NCBI RefSeq assembly: GCF_018350175.1
Contig: NC_058377.1
Span: forward strand, 61,504,001 to 61,568,000
DNA length: 64,000 nt
Reading direction: 5' to 3'
From: Felis catus
Taxonomy: Eukaryota
The notes under the pieces were generated by a model. It saw only the letters and a list, made by a program, of their open reading frames with translations, searched no databases and was not told where the DNA came from. How positions within the stretch are numbered: position 1 is the first letter of the stretch; the number at the start of each line of letters is the position of its first letter. Positions 25,546 to 38,458 of this stretch are shown here, in pieces. Position numbers and translations under genes: made by a program.

Positions 25546-27295
25546 CTAGAATTTTACCCTGGAAAAAACAGAGCCTTCAATTAAATAAGAATTAATGTTT
25601 TATAGCTTTAATAAAAACCGGGCAGAAAAAGTCTGGCTATCAAGGGAAATCATTCTTCTGTAGGTATTAGCCAGATAGAGGAGATGGAAGAGGATTCCAA
25701 GAGGATTCCAAGAGGATTCCAAGGATTCCAAGATGGAAGAGGATTCCAAGAGGAAATACTTTGGACAAAATCAAAGCAGCATGAAACGTACAGTGGGGTT
25801 GCAGTTCAATAAGCAATTTTCACATATGAATGATTTCATAAGCAGAGATGGTGGTTGTTGAGGCTAAGGAAAGGGGAAGAATAACCAATGTAAAGTTACA
25901 GGTTTAAACGAAATAATTTAAGCCTTAGGTAGAATAACAGATCTTTTGCCTTTAAAACTCTGCTCTGCCGGCAGATGGATGAATGTCTTAAAAGGATGAG
26001 AGCTGGCATAGGGAGACGAAGTTAGAAGGACACGTGTGATAGTCCGGATGGGACATGATGAAGTGGCCTGGCCACATCGGAAGAGTCACAAGGGAACAAT
26101 ATCTGTGCTGCTCGCTGACTTGATGGAGGCGAACGGTGGGAGGACAGGCTAAGATGGTCTTGGGTTGAGAGTAAAAGCACGGGGTGACAAGGACAAGCTG
26201 GAAACAGCCGTGTGTGCACACATATGTGCAAGTTTAGAAGATGGAGGAGACATATCATAAGTCCTTGAAATTCATGGGCCAGGAAAACAATCACGGGTCT
26301 CATTTACAGCATGAATCGTCAACCATTAATGTTACTGACAACTCCAATTCTGACTCGGGCTGACTCGCGGAACCTAAAAGAATCAAAGGATTTAGGTCTA
26401 AACCACACACCCTACAGTCTCAGGAAAGCTTTCCCCCCTGCAAAGTCACTGACATCCACCCTTTGTTCTCTGCCTCAAGCCCCCAGGGATAGACTCTCTT
26501 TGTTTCGGAGATAGCTTGTCCATCGCAAGACAGCTGCAAATGTCAGATTTGGCTTCTTTCTAGTGATTCCCAGACTGCTTCCCTCTTCATTTCTCATAAA
26601 AGTCCTCAACCCACCTTCTAAAGATACACATCAGCCGTGGAACACGGTGGTTATGGCATGGATCTAAAGTCAGCCACACAGTTTAAATCCTTAGGACGCT
26701 GTTTAGCTTTGCATGTTCTTCAGGCAGTTGTAAAACTTATAATTGTCTCAATTCTTTCTTGCTGAAAGTTAACAGATAGAAACACACTGCAGGGTGACTG
26801 TGAGGATTTAACTAGGTAATGTATTAACATACTTAGAAAGAAATATAAAATGTATTATTTTGTCTAAATGCAGTGACTCATTCATAGAGGTGTTTCTCCT
26901 TCTCATGAATAACTTCCGATGTTTAAAGATCATTTCACCAGATGAGGTTTTCCCTGAATGACTTGAGGGCACCGTTTCTACCGAAGGTTTTCCAGTCTAA
27001 ACCTATATAATTCTCTGACCTTTTAACCAATAAGGTTTTTACACACTGAGCAGCCCAGATCCCTCTCTAGGGTCCTGTCAGGCTCACTTTAAAAATTATT
27101 ACCCATTGTGTGATAAACTGATTGGGAAATATTCTGAACAGCATGAGACAAAATCTTCATGTTTAAACTGCCAACTAGTGTAAGAGTCTATTGTTTGTTA
27201 ATCACCATAGCATCTTATTGGATCTTAGCATTACGTGTTCTCTTTGAAACCAATGCTCCATTTTCCCACACTTAAGCTAAGACATAAGCCCAGAG

Positions 27296-27568
27296 ACTTA
27301 CCAGGAATCATCTGTGATATCATATGTAGAAGCCACAGAGTGAAAATCTTTTGGTGTTTCAGATCATGAGGATGGCTCTTTTGTACTATAGAAGCCACCT
27401 GGGGGATTCTTTTTCACCAATGGCTGGTGAGCTTAAATTAACCTGGGACAAATGTGAAAAGGAGGGGCAATATGGTTCAAAACCTGGAAGAACTTGTCTA
27501 ATAGCAGATCTGCATCTAATAAAAACTCACAAATTTTGGTGTCCTTGGGGACTGGAAGCCAAAATGAC
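27296..27568 (-). promoter_or_regulatory. Putative OR52A5 copy 2 promoter and non-coding exon 1
   Basis: Same donor (27302/27301) and motifs as 6831-7100. Confidence 0.5.
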
Positions 27569-28649
27569 TGTCTCTTTAGAAACTTCTAAGAGAACACAGT
27601 GCCCCAAGGTAACACAATCAATGACACTTATTTACCAAACAATGAGCCAGAGAAGGGGAATAAGAACATCTCAAGATATTCAGACTAATTAGTATAGAAT
27701 TGCTAACAGAGAAATAAATGGACTATTTGTATATGGTATAGAAATTGTCCCATATGTTTAGAATTCTCATGAAATAATAATATGCTTTTTCAAGTTTTAG
27801 TGCCAGTCACCTTATATATATCAACTTTCCCTATTAAATATTATTTATGACCAGTGTTGACTTAGTTACTTTAAAAAATGGGTGTTATGATTTAAAATGG
27901 ATTTTAAGCTTTGGTATCAAAGAGGGAAAAGAAAAAGATCCAAATCTTTGTATGTACAAGAAAAAGTTTAACAAGGCTCCATTACATATATCTGCCTGAG
28001 AGAAATGATGACCTTATAGAGTTACATGATTTTTCTCCTGAGTCATTGAGTCTGGCCCTATTTAGGAAACCATTTACATTGAAAAACTCTCTGAGTCTCC
28101 ACTTGTCATTAAACTGCCATGGAATTCTATTCATCCTAGAAAAAAAAAAAACAATAATATAGGATTGGCTGCATTTTGTGCTTGATGAGCTCACACTGGC
28201 TTTGGAGTGCTGGCTGTGTGCATCTCTTTCCAGCTCTGACTGATAACGTTACATGACAGATTGAAATCAACAGAGCAGAAATCGGTAGACCAGAAGACAA
28301 ACAATATATATCAGAATTCCAGTCACCCAACAGAGTAGAATCTGATGAACTCGAAGTAAAATATTTTCAGGTAAAACAAAAAGAATACTTTTCAGATAGA
28401 GTATGAAGTAGGCTGAGGTGAGGTCAGCAGAGTCTGAAATTTGTACACGACTCTTTGTATACAGAATAATAATATTATAAACATACATAATGACTCACAA
28501 GAGTGATACTTTGGGGAAATGTAAAAAGTATTTGAACCTCACAGAATCATAGTACTATTTAATGTTAGAGACAAAATTATTCTCGGATACTGTTTAGTTA
28601 AAACCCATTAGAGCTCAAGGGGAATAAGATGTTTTAGCATGAGACTTCT

Positions 28650-28860
28650 GGAGCACCTGGGTAGCTCAGTTGGTTAAGCAGCTGACCTCGGGTCAGGTCA
28701 TGATCTTGCAGTTCATGAATTTGAGTCCCATGTCAGGCTCTGTGCTGACAGCTCAGAGCCTGGAGCCTGCTTCAGATTCTGTGTCTCCCTCTCTTTCTGC
28801 CCCTCCCCTGCTCGCAATCTGTGTCTCTCAAAAATAAATAAACGTTAAAAAAATTTAAAA
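28650..28860 (+). mobile_element. Can-SINE (feliform)
   Basis: gacagctcagagcctggagcctgc motif. Confidence 0.9.
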
Positions 28861-30735
28861 ACCATGTGACTCCTTAAAATTCCTAATATTAAATAGAAAT
28901 AATTACCTTTGAGTAATGTAATGGGAACTACAGAGTTCAAACTTTCATAAGTGGTTCTTCATTCCGCATGTATTTTTAAGAAAACCAGAAACAAAGGTTT
29001 AATTTTCCCATACAACAGTGTTAGAGATGGAGTTGAATATTTGTCTCTTACTGCAATGGTTGATAAAATTCATCAAGTGAGAAGATATAAATTTAAATGA
29101 ATTATGGGAAATACAAATTAGGAGGACTTGGACGTGCCTATACTTTTTGTGGTAATCTCTGAATTAAAATGGGGGTCCTTACCACACACAGAGGAGAAGG
29201 ATCATGGTTAAACTTATGTGGCTGGAGTCCTGGCTGCCACGTGCAAGAATAGACTCACATACATCCATGCAATGCCATTCCATCCACCAGAAAAGAGGAA
29301 GTTCTAATGTGCTACAACAGGTGTAAACTTGAAAACTTGACACTATGTGAAAGAAGCCGGATGTAAAAGGCCATGTGCTATATGACCTAGTTTCTTGAAA
29401 TATCCACACTAGTAAAATCCATGCGGACAGAAAGTAGTAGTGTGGTTTCCATAAACTGGGGATAGGGTGAGAGGCAGTGCCTGTTAATAGGAATGGGGTA
29501 TCTTTTGGGGGTCATGAAAATGTTCTAGAATTAGAGAAGAGACTGTCGCACACCTTTTTTAATATGCCAAAAACCAGTGGCTTGTACGCTTTAGAGGGTG
29601 AATTTTATAGCAGCCCATGGAGTTTTCTACCAAGATAACAAGAGTGGAGAGGGGCCAAATGTTGCATGTTATTCTGTACAAACTGAACGTTTAAATAAGG
29701 GTTTGAAAAATCCAAAGGGTCAATGCATTATTGCTCCCTCAACTGAACACCAGCACCAAGAGTGACAAGTGTCAACTCCCGCACCTGATATGTCAAAACT
29801 CACCATTATGAAGACCTCTTTCTTTTTCTGAAATCACTCCTGAGGAATAAAGCCCTTGAGAATATTAATTGATTATATAGCTGTTAGATTTCAAGCATAC
29901 AAAGAAAAAAATGAACACAAATCAGAAAATAATCAAAGGACAATATAAAGTACTTCAAAGAAAGGATATACAAGTGGAAAACAGCAGCAGAGTTATTGTA
30001 CTCTTTGTTAATGCTACTTGTAAAGACAATCATATTTCACCAATCAGACTGCCAAAGATTAAAAATCTCAATCATAACCAGTGCTTTTGAGAACGCAGAC
30101 ATATAGAGTGCTATTAGTCACTTTTGTATTTGATGCACTCTTTTCGAAGGATCATTTTGAGTTTCTAGAAATCAGTAACAATACCCTTTACAAAATATGC
30201 CTTTTTCTTTTCCAGGCAATTTTATGTTCAAGAATGTGTTCTATAATTTTCCTGGCCAAGTGTGTAGGAGGATAGAGAGTCTTGCTCATCTTCTTGTGTT
30301 TGCAATGAGCCATTTGTTTTTTTCTTTTCCATTTTTAGGTCTCAGGTTGGAGCTGGTCTTGATGATTGAAGGCTAAAATAGTGGAAACATCCACATCCTA
30401 GACCAGATATTGTATGACACATTGACAACTGAGGATGATGCAAACAGTTTCCGGTTTCATGTCCTGTCTCATGTCTGTTTTAGACTCCCACTATTTTTAG
30501 TATAACTGTCAGGACTGGTCATTGTTACATGTATTTCAAAATTCTCCAGATAAGCTTGAAATTATAGTGGACCATCCTAAAAAGGCTTGCTGCCTGCTTT
30601 TGGAAAACTCACTAGCCAAGAATTGTTTGTACAGATGAACTCTTTCAATCAATGTGGTGATAAGGAAAATCTAAATTGAGGCCCACTTAAACCAAATGTC
30701 ACCACCCCCAAAACAATTAAATCCCTCTACTTTAC

Positions 30736-33700
30736 TTTTTTTGCAATTTTAATTTTATTTTTTATTTTTTTAAATTTACATCCAAATTAGTTAGCATATA
30801 GTACAACAATGATTTTAGGAGTAGACTCCTTAGGACCCCTTACCCATTAATCCCATTCCCCCCTCCCACAACGTCTCCTGTAACCCTCAGTTTGTTCTCC
30901 ATATTTATGAGTCTCTTCTGTTTTGTGCCCCTCCCTGTTTTTATATTATTATTCTTTCCCTTCCCTTATGTTCATCTTTTTTGTCTCTTAAAGTCCTCAT
31001 AAGAGTGAAGGCATATGATTTTTGTCTTTCTCTGANNNNNNNNNNNNNNNNNNNNNNNNNNNNNNNNNNNNNNNNNNNNNNNNNNNNNNNNNNNNNNNNN
31101 NNNNNNNNNNNNNNNNNNNNNNNNNNNNNNNNNNNNNNNNNNNNNNNNNNNNNNNNNNNNNNNNNNNNNNNNNNNNNNNGGCTCTATCCATACTTTGGCT
31201 ATTGTTGATAGTGTTACTATAAACATGGGGGTGCATGTGTCCCTTAAAAACAGCACACTGTATCCCTTGGATAAATGCCTAGTAGTGCAATTGCTGGGTC
31301 TTAGGGTAGTTCTATTTTTAGTTTTTTGAGGAACCCCCATACTGTTTTTCAGAGTGGCTGCACCAGCTTGCATTCCCACCAACAATGCAAAACAGATCCT
31401 CTTTCTCAGCATCCTCGCCAACATCTGTTGTTGCCTGAGATGTTAATGTTAGCCATTCTGACAGGTGTAAGGTGGTATCTCATTGTGGTTTATATTTGTA
31501 TTTCCATGATGACGAGTGATGTGGAGCATTTTTTTCATGATGTGTCAGTTGGTCATCTGGATGTTTTCCTTCGAGAAATGTCTATTCATGTCTTTCACCC
31601 ATTTCTTCACTGGATTATTTGGTTTGGGGGAGTTGAGTTTCATAAGTGCTTTATAGATTTTGNNNNNNNNNNNNNNNNNNNNNNNNNNNNNNNNNNNNNN
31701 NNNNNNNNNNNNNNNNNNNNNNNNNNNNNNNNNNNNNNNNNNNNNNNNNNNNNNNNNNNNNNNNNNNNNNNNNNNNNNNNNNNNNNNNNNCATTTTTACT
31801 TTTGTTTCCCTTGCCTCGGGAGACATGTTGAGTAAGAAGTTGCTGCAGCCAAGGTCAAAGAGGTTTTTGCCTGCTTTCTCCTCGAGGATTTTGATGGCTT
31901 CCTGTATTATGTTTAGGTCTTTCATCCATTTTGAGTTTATTTTTGTGAATGGGGTAAGAAAGAGGCCCAGGTTCATTCTTCTGCATGTCGCTGTCCAGTT
32001 TTCCCAGCACCACTTGCTGGAGAGACTGTCTTTATTCCACTGGATATTCTTTCCTGCTTTGTCAAAGATTAGTTGGCCATACGTTTGTGGGTCCATTTCT
32101 GGGTTCTCTATTCTGTTCCAGTGATCTGAGTTCTTGTGCCAGTACCATACTGTCTTGATGATTACAGCTTTGTAGTATAGCTTGAAGTCTGGGATTGTGA
32201 TGCCTCCTGCTTTGGTTTCCTTTTTCAAGATCGCTTTNNNNNNNNNNNNNNNNNNNNNNNNNNNNNNNNNNNNNNNNNNNNNNNNNNNNNNNNNNNNNNN
32301 NNNNNNNNNNNNNNNNNNNNNNNNNNNNNNNNNNNNNNNNNNNNNNNNNNNNNNNNNNNNNNNNNNNNNNNNNNNNNNNNNNNNNNNNNNNNNNNNNNNN
32401 NNNNNNNNNNNNNNNNNNNNNNNNNNNNNNNNNNNNNNNNNNNNNNNNNNNNNNNNNNNNNNNNNNNNNNNNNNNNNNNNNNNNNNNNNNNNNNNNNNNN
32501 NNNNNNNNNNNNNNNNNNNNNNNNNNNNNNNNNNNNNNATCGATTCCTGGATTTCTCTTTCTGTCGCTTCACTGTGGGTGCATAGGAATGCAACCTATTT
32601 CTCTGCATTGATTTTATGTCCTGCAACTTTGCTGAATTCATGAATCAGTTCTAGCAGTTTCTTGGTGGAATCTTTTGGGTTTTCCATATAGAGTATCATG
32701 TCACCTGAGAAGAGTGAAAGCTTGACCTCCTACTGGCTGATTTGGATGCCTTTTATTTCTTTGTGTTGTCTGATTGCAGAGGCAAAGACTTCCAATACTA
32801 TGTTGAATAACAGTGGTGAGAGTGGACATCCCTGTCTCGTTCCTGACCTTAGGAGGAAATCTCTCAGTTTTTCCCATTGAGGATGATATTAGCGTTGGGT
32901 CACTCATGTCTGGCTTTTATGATCTCGAGGTATGTTCCTTCTATCCCTACCCTCTTGAGGGTTTTTATGAAGAAAGGATGCTTTATTTTGTCAAATGCTT
33001 TCTCTGCATCTATTGAGCGGATCATATGGTTCTTGTCCTTTCTTTTATTGATGTGATCAATCACGTTAATTGTTTTGTGGATATTGAACCAGCCCTGCAT
33101 CCCAGGTATGAATCCCACTATGTCGTGGCGAATAATTTTTTTTTAATGGAGCCGTATGGCTAATATCTTGTTGATGATTTTTGCATCCATGTTCATCAGG
33201 GAAATTGGTCTATAGTTCTCCTTTTTAGTGGGTCTTTGTCTGGTTTTGGAATCGAGGTAATGCTGGCCTCATAGAAAGAGTTTGGAAGTTTTCCTTCCAT
33301 TTCTATTTTTTGGAACAGCTTCAAGAGAATAGGTATTAACTCTTCCTTAAAGGTTTGGTAGAATTCCCCTGGAAAGCCATGTGGCCTGGACTCTTGTTTT
33401 TTGGCAGAGTTTGGATTACTAATTCGATTTCCTTACTGGTTATGGGTCTGTTCAAATTTTCTATTTCTTCCTCTTTCAGTTTTGATAGTGTATATGTTCC
33501 TAGGAATTTTTCCATTTCTTCCAGATTGCTCATTTTATTGGAATATAACTGCTTATAATATTCTCTTATTATCGTTTTTATTTCTGTTGTGTTGGTTGTG
33601 ATCTCTCCTCTTTCATTCTAGATTTTACTTATTTGGGTCCTTTCCTTTTTCTTCTTGATCATATTGGCTAGTGGTTTATCAATTTTGTTAATTCTTTCAA

Positions 33701-36700
33701 AGAACCAGCTTCTGGTTTCATTGATCTGTTCTACTCATTTATTGGTTTTGGTAGCATTAATTTTTGCTCTAATCTTTGTTATTTCCTGTCTTCTGCTGGT
33801 TTTGGGTTTTATTTACTGTTCTTTTCCCAGTTCCTTACAGCATAAGGTTACGTTGTGTATCTGAGACCTTTCTTCCTTCTTTAGGAAGGCCTGGATTGCT
33901 ATATACTTTCCTCTTATGACCGCCTTTGCTGCGTCCCAGAAGTTTTGGGTTGTGGTGTTATCATTTTCAGTGACTTCCATATGCTTTTTAATTTCCTCTT
34001 TAACTGCTTGCTTAGCCCATTCACTCCTTAGTAGGATGTTCTTCAGTCTCCAAGTATTTGTTACCTTTCCAAATGCATTCTTGTGGTTGATTTCGAGGTT
34101 CATAGCATTGTGGACTGAAAATATGCACGGTATGATCTCGATCTTTTTGTACATACATAGGACTGATTTCTGTCCCAGTATATGTTCTATTCTGGAGAAC
34201 GTTCCATGTGCACTGGAGAAGAATGTATATTCTGCTGCTTTAGGATGAAATGTTCTGAATATATCTCTTAAGTCCATCTTGTCTAGTGTGTCATTCAAAG
34301 CCATTGTTTCCTTGTTGATTTTTGATTAGATGATCTGTCCATTGCAGTGAGTGGGATGTTGAAGTCTCCTACTATTATGGTATTATTACCAATGAGTTTC
34401 TTTATGTTTGTGATTAACTGATTTATATATTTGCATCCCTCCACATTGGTACATAAATGTTTACAATTGTTAGGTCTTCTTGGTGGATAGACCCCTTGAC
34501 TATGATATAATGCCCTTCTGCATCTCTTGATACAGTCTTTATTTTAAAGTCTAGATTGTCTGATATAAGTATGGCTACTCTGGCTTTCTTTTGTTGACCA
34601 TTAGCATGATAGATGGTTCTCCATCCCCTTATTTTCAATCTGAAGGTGTCTTGAGGTCTAAAGTGGGTCTCTTGCAAACAGCATATAGATGGATTTTGTT
34701 TTCTTATGCATTCTGTTACCCTATGTCTTTGATTGGAGCATTGAGACCATTGACGTTTAGAGTGAGTACTGAAAGATATGAATTTATTGCCATTATGATG
34801 CTTCTAGAGTTGGAGTTTCTGGTGGTGTTCTCTGGTCACTAATNNNNNNNNNNNNNNNNNNNNNNNNNNNNNNNNNNNNNNNNNNNNNNNNNNNNNNNNN
34901 NNNNNNNNNNNNNNNNNNNNNNNNNNNNNNNNNNNNNNNNNNNNNNNNNNNNNNNNNNNNNNNNNNNNNNNNNNNNNNNNNNNNNNNNNNNNNNNNNNNN
35001 NNNNNNNNNNNNNNNNNNNNNNNNNNNNNNNNNNNNNNNNNNNNNNNNNNNNNNNNNAGATGTCCCCTTAAAATTTCTTGCAAGGCTGGTTTAGTGGTAA
35101 CAAACTCCTTTAATTTTTGTTTGTCTGCAAAACTTTTCATCTCTCCTTCTATTTTGAATGACAGCCTTGCTGGATTAAGAATTCTTGGCTGCATATTTTT
35201 CTGATTCAGGACACTGAATATACCCTGCCACTCCTTTCTGGCCTGCCAAGTTTCTGTGCATGGGTCTGCTGTGAACCTTATCTGTCTTCCCTTGTAGGTT
35301 AGGGACTTTTTTTCCCTTGCTGCTCTCATGATTCTCTCCTTGCCTGAGTATTTTGTGAATTTGACTATGATATTCCTTGTTGATGGTCGGTTTTTGTTGA
35401 GTCTCATGGGGGTCCTCTGTGCTTCCTGGATTTTGCTGTCTGTGTCTTTCCCCAGGTTAGGAAAGTTTTCTGCTATGATTTTCTCACATAACCCTTCTAC
35501 CCCTATTTCTCTCTCTTCCTCTTCTGGGACCCCTATGATTCTGATGTTGTTCCTTTTGAATGAGTCACTGATTTCTCTAATTCTTAAATCGTGCTCTTTG
35601 CCTTCATCTCCCTTTCTTTCTGCTTTGTTATTCTCTAAAGTTTCTCCTCTATATCGCTGATTCTCTGTTTTGCCTTGTCCATCTTTGCCGCCGCTGCATC
35701 AATCCATGATTGCAGCTCAGTGATAGCATTTTTAATTTCATTCTATTTTTTACTTCTTTTATCTCTGCAGAAAGTGATTCTAATCTCTTTTTGACTCTAG
35801 CTAGTATTCTTATTTTCGTGATTCTAAATTCTGGTTCAGACATCTTGCTTGTATCCGTGTTGCTTAAATTCCTGGCTCTCATTTCTTTGTGCTCTTTCTT
35901 TTGGGGTGAATTCCTTCGTTCTGTCATTTTAAGGGAGAAAAGGAATTAATGAGGTAGAAAAATTGAAGTTAAAAAAATTAAAATTAAACAATTAAACACA
36001 AACACACACACACACACACACACACATCGAATAGATGATGCTAGATCCTAGGTGTGTTTTGGTCTGGGTGTTGAAAGTGGTTTGACAGATTAGAGAAAAT
36101 AAAGGGAGGGAAGAACATAATAAAAAATAAAAAAGTATAAATGAAATCACTTGTGAATTTGAAAAAATGAATACACTGAAGTAGACTAAAATGAGATAAT
36201 ATGAGTAAAATAGAATTTGAAAAAATATACAGAAAAGTAAAGAATAAAGTAGAAAAAAATTAACGAAAATTAATAAAAATTAAAAATTAATATGCATCTT
36301 TTCTCTTCTTGTATTCAAGAAAAAGAAACAAAAAAGAGAAAAAAGATTTAAAAAATAATTTAAAAAGGAAATCGTTTGAGAATTTGAAAAGTTGAATACA
36401 CTGTAGTAGACTAAAATAAAATGATGGAAGTGAATAGAATTTGAAACAATTTACATAAAAACAAAAAATATAGTGAAAAAATTAAAGGAAAACATTTTTA
36501 ATAGAAATTTTAAGTAAAAATGAAGTTTTTCTCTATCTGCACTCAAGAAAAAGAAAAGAAATGAAAAAGAGAAAACACTACAGAAAAAAGAAAAAAAGGA
36601 CATCGTTCGAAAATTTGAAAAGGTGAATACACTGAAGTAGGCTAAACTAAAATGATAGTAAATAGAATTTACTAAACTAAACCGAAGTTACTAAACTAAA

Positions 36701-38151
36701 ATGAAGTAAATAGAATTTGAAAAAATGTACATAACATCAAAAATATAGTAATAAAAATTAAAGAAAAATATTTTTAATTAAAATGGAAAATAAAAATGAG
36801 TCTTTTTCTGTATTCAAGAAACAGAAAAAAAGTATAAAAGAGGAAAAAAAAACGAAAGAAAATTGAATAGATGAACCTGCTAACATATTGAAGTAGGACT
36901 GAAAGTGATTCGTTTTCCCCTAGAAGTCACTCTATGCAGCTCTTTATAGTCCATAAATTAAGCTGGCGGTGAGTCTCGTGTTCTTAAAGAGCAATGTTGG
37001 CCTAGTTGGGTGGGGCTCAGTGTAACTGCTCCGCTCTTCACTAGGTGGCGCTGCTAGCCTACGGGGGTGGATTGTTGCTGGGCTCCTAGGTGCCTGCGTA
37101 TGCGCATCCCTGGGAGTGGCAAAAATGGCATCACCCAGCTACCAACTCTGTTCTCCCCGATCAGCAATCGCACACCCGTCCTCTGTCTTCAGCTTTCGTC
37201 TACTCCCCGTGTTTTCACTCTCCGTGACCAGGTCCCAGGCAGTACTTGTCTCCCGAGTTGTGTCTCAGATGTGGCTGTTTTCCCTGGCCCCTTGCTTCCA
37301 AAGGACTACGGCTTTGACCCGTTCCGCCCCTCTTCAGGAGGGTCTCAGCGAGCAATGGCCGAATGAGCAATGGCTGAAGGTCGGCTGTACCCAGGAATAC
37401 TTTATGGACCCTGCTGCTGCTGGTGCCCCGAGACTGTGGCCAGGTACCAGCTCGCCTGAGAAAAAGTTCAAAAGATAGTGTGGCAGCAGCATTTCAGGGA
37501 TTATGGAAAATCACAACACACATCTGGCACCAGGTTTCACCCTTAACGACCTTGTTACAGCACCAGCGAATGTAGCCGTTTTCTAGGGTCTGCTGGGACC
37601 AGGTGGCTTCAACAGTCTCTACCAAATGTCCTTCCAGCAGTGGAACTGCTTTTTCCCGTGTGGCCTAAGAATCTCCTGGACCCCACTCTGTTCCTGGGGA
37701 TTCACCTTTCCGACCAGAGCACCGCCAGGTATCGAGCTGCAGAGTTGCAGACTCTGCTCCCCTTGTTTACAGTCTCAGTAGAGTTTAAACCCTCTCCTTT
37801 CTCCTTTCTCCCTTTTTAGGTTAGTCCCTGCAGCTGTTTCCAATTTTCTGCTTTCTCTCCAGCTGCTTTTGGGGAGGGGTGATTTTCCCGTATTCTCCCC
37901 CCCCTCCCCAATCTCCATCCTCTCTCTGCCCACAAAAGAGATTCCCTACCTTTTGGGGCTTCTTGCTCCCCAAGTTCAGCTCTCCACTCCATGTACCTGC
38001 TGAATTCTGTGGTTCAGCTTGTGCAGATTGTTGTGCTAATCCTCCAATCAGTTTTCTGGGTGTGTAGGATGGTTCAGTGTTGGTCTGGCTGTATTTTATG
38101 GACACGAGACACAAAAACCTTCCATGCTGTTCTGCCATCTTGGCTCCTCCC
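30736..38151 (-). mobile_element. Near full-length carnivore LINE-1, inactivated
   Basis: 5' end gggaggagccaagatggc (YY1-type motif) at 38151; ORF1 fragments at 35927-34793; ORF2 endonuclease (QETHF, FSSAHGTFSRIEH) and RT/C-terminal ([26 protein letters not shown]) fragments; 3'UTR and poly-A near 30740-30770. Multiple frameshifts and N gaps. Confidence 0.95.
35960..36890. repeat. A-rich ~230 bp tandem units inside the L1 5'UTR
   Basis: The motif 'gaatttgaaaa..tgaatacactg.agtagactaaaat' recurs near 36155, 36380 and 36610. Confidence 0.7.
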
Positions 38152-38235
38152 TCATATTTCTTATTGTATAAAATTTGTTGCTTTATATGTATTTTATTAA
38201 TTATAGAAACTACTCCCAAGCATTACTTGAAGTGT

Positions 38236-38458
38236 TTTTTTTTAATTTGTTTTTATTTATTTATTTTTTTTTTTTGAGGGAGAGAGTGTGTATATGTGAG
38301 TAGAGTAGGGACAGACAGAGAAAGAGAGAGAATCCCAAACAGGAAACACGCTCAGCGCAGAGCCCCATGCAAGGCTCATTCCCAAGGAACCTTAAGATCA
38401 TGACCTGAGCCGAAATCATGAAAGGGATACTCATCCGACTGAGCCACCCAGGGGCCCC
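38236..38458 (-). mobile_element. Can-SINE
   Basis: ctgagccacccaggggcccc head in reverse; poly-T. Confidence 0.85.

Noticed and set aside
31036-35058. N runs and X-containing ORFs
   Set aside because: Assembly gaps or masking confined to repeats; not biology.
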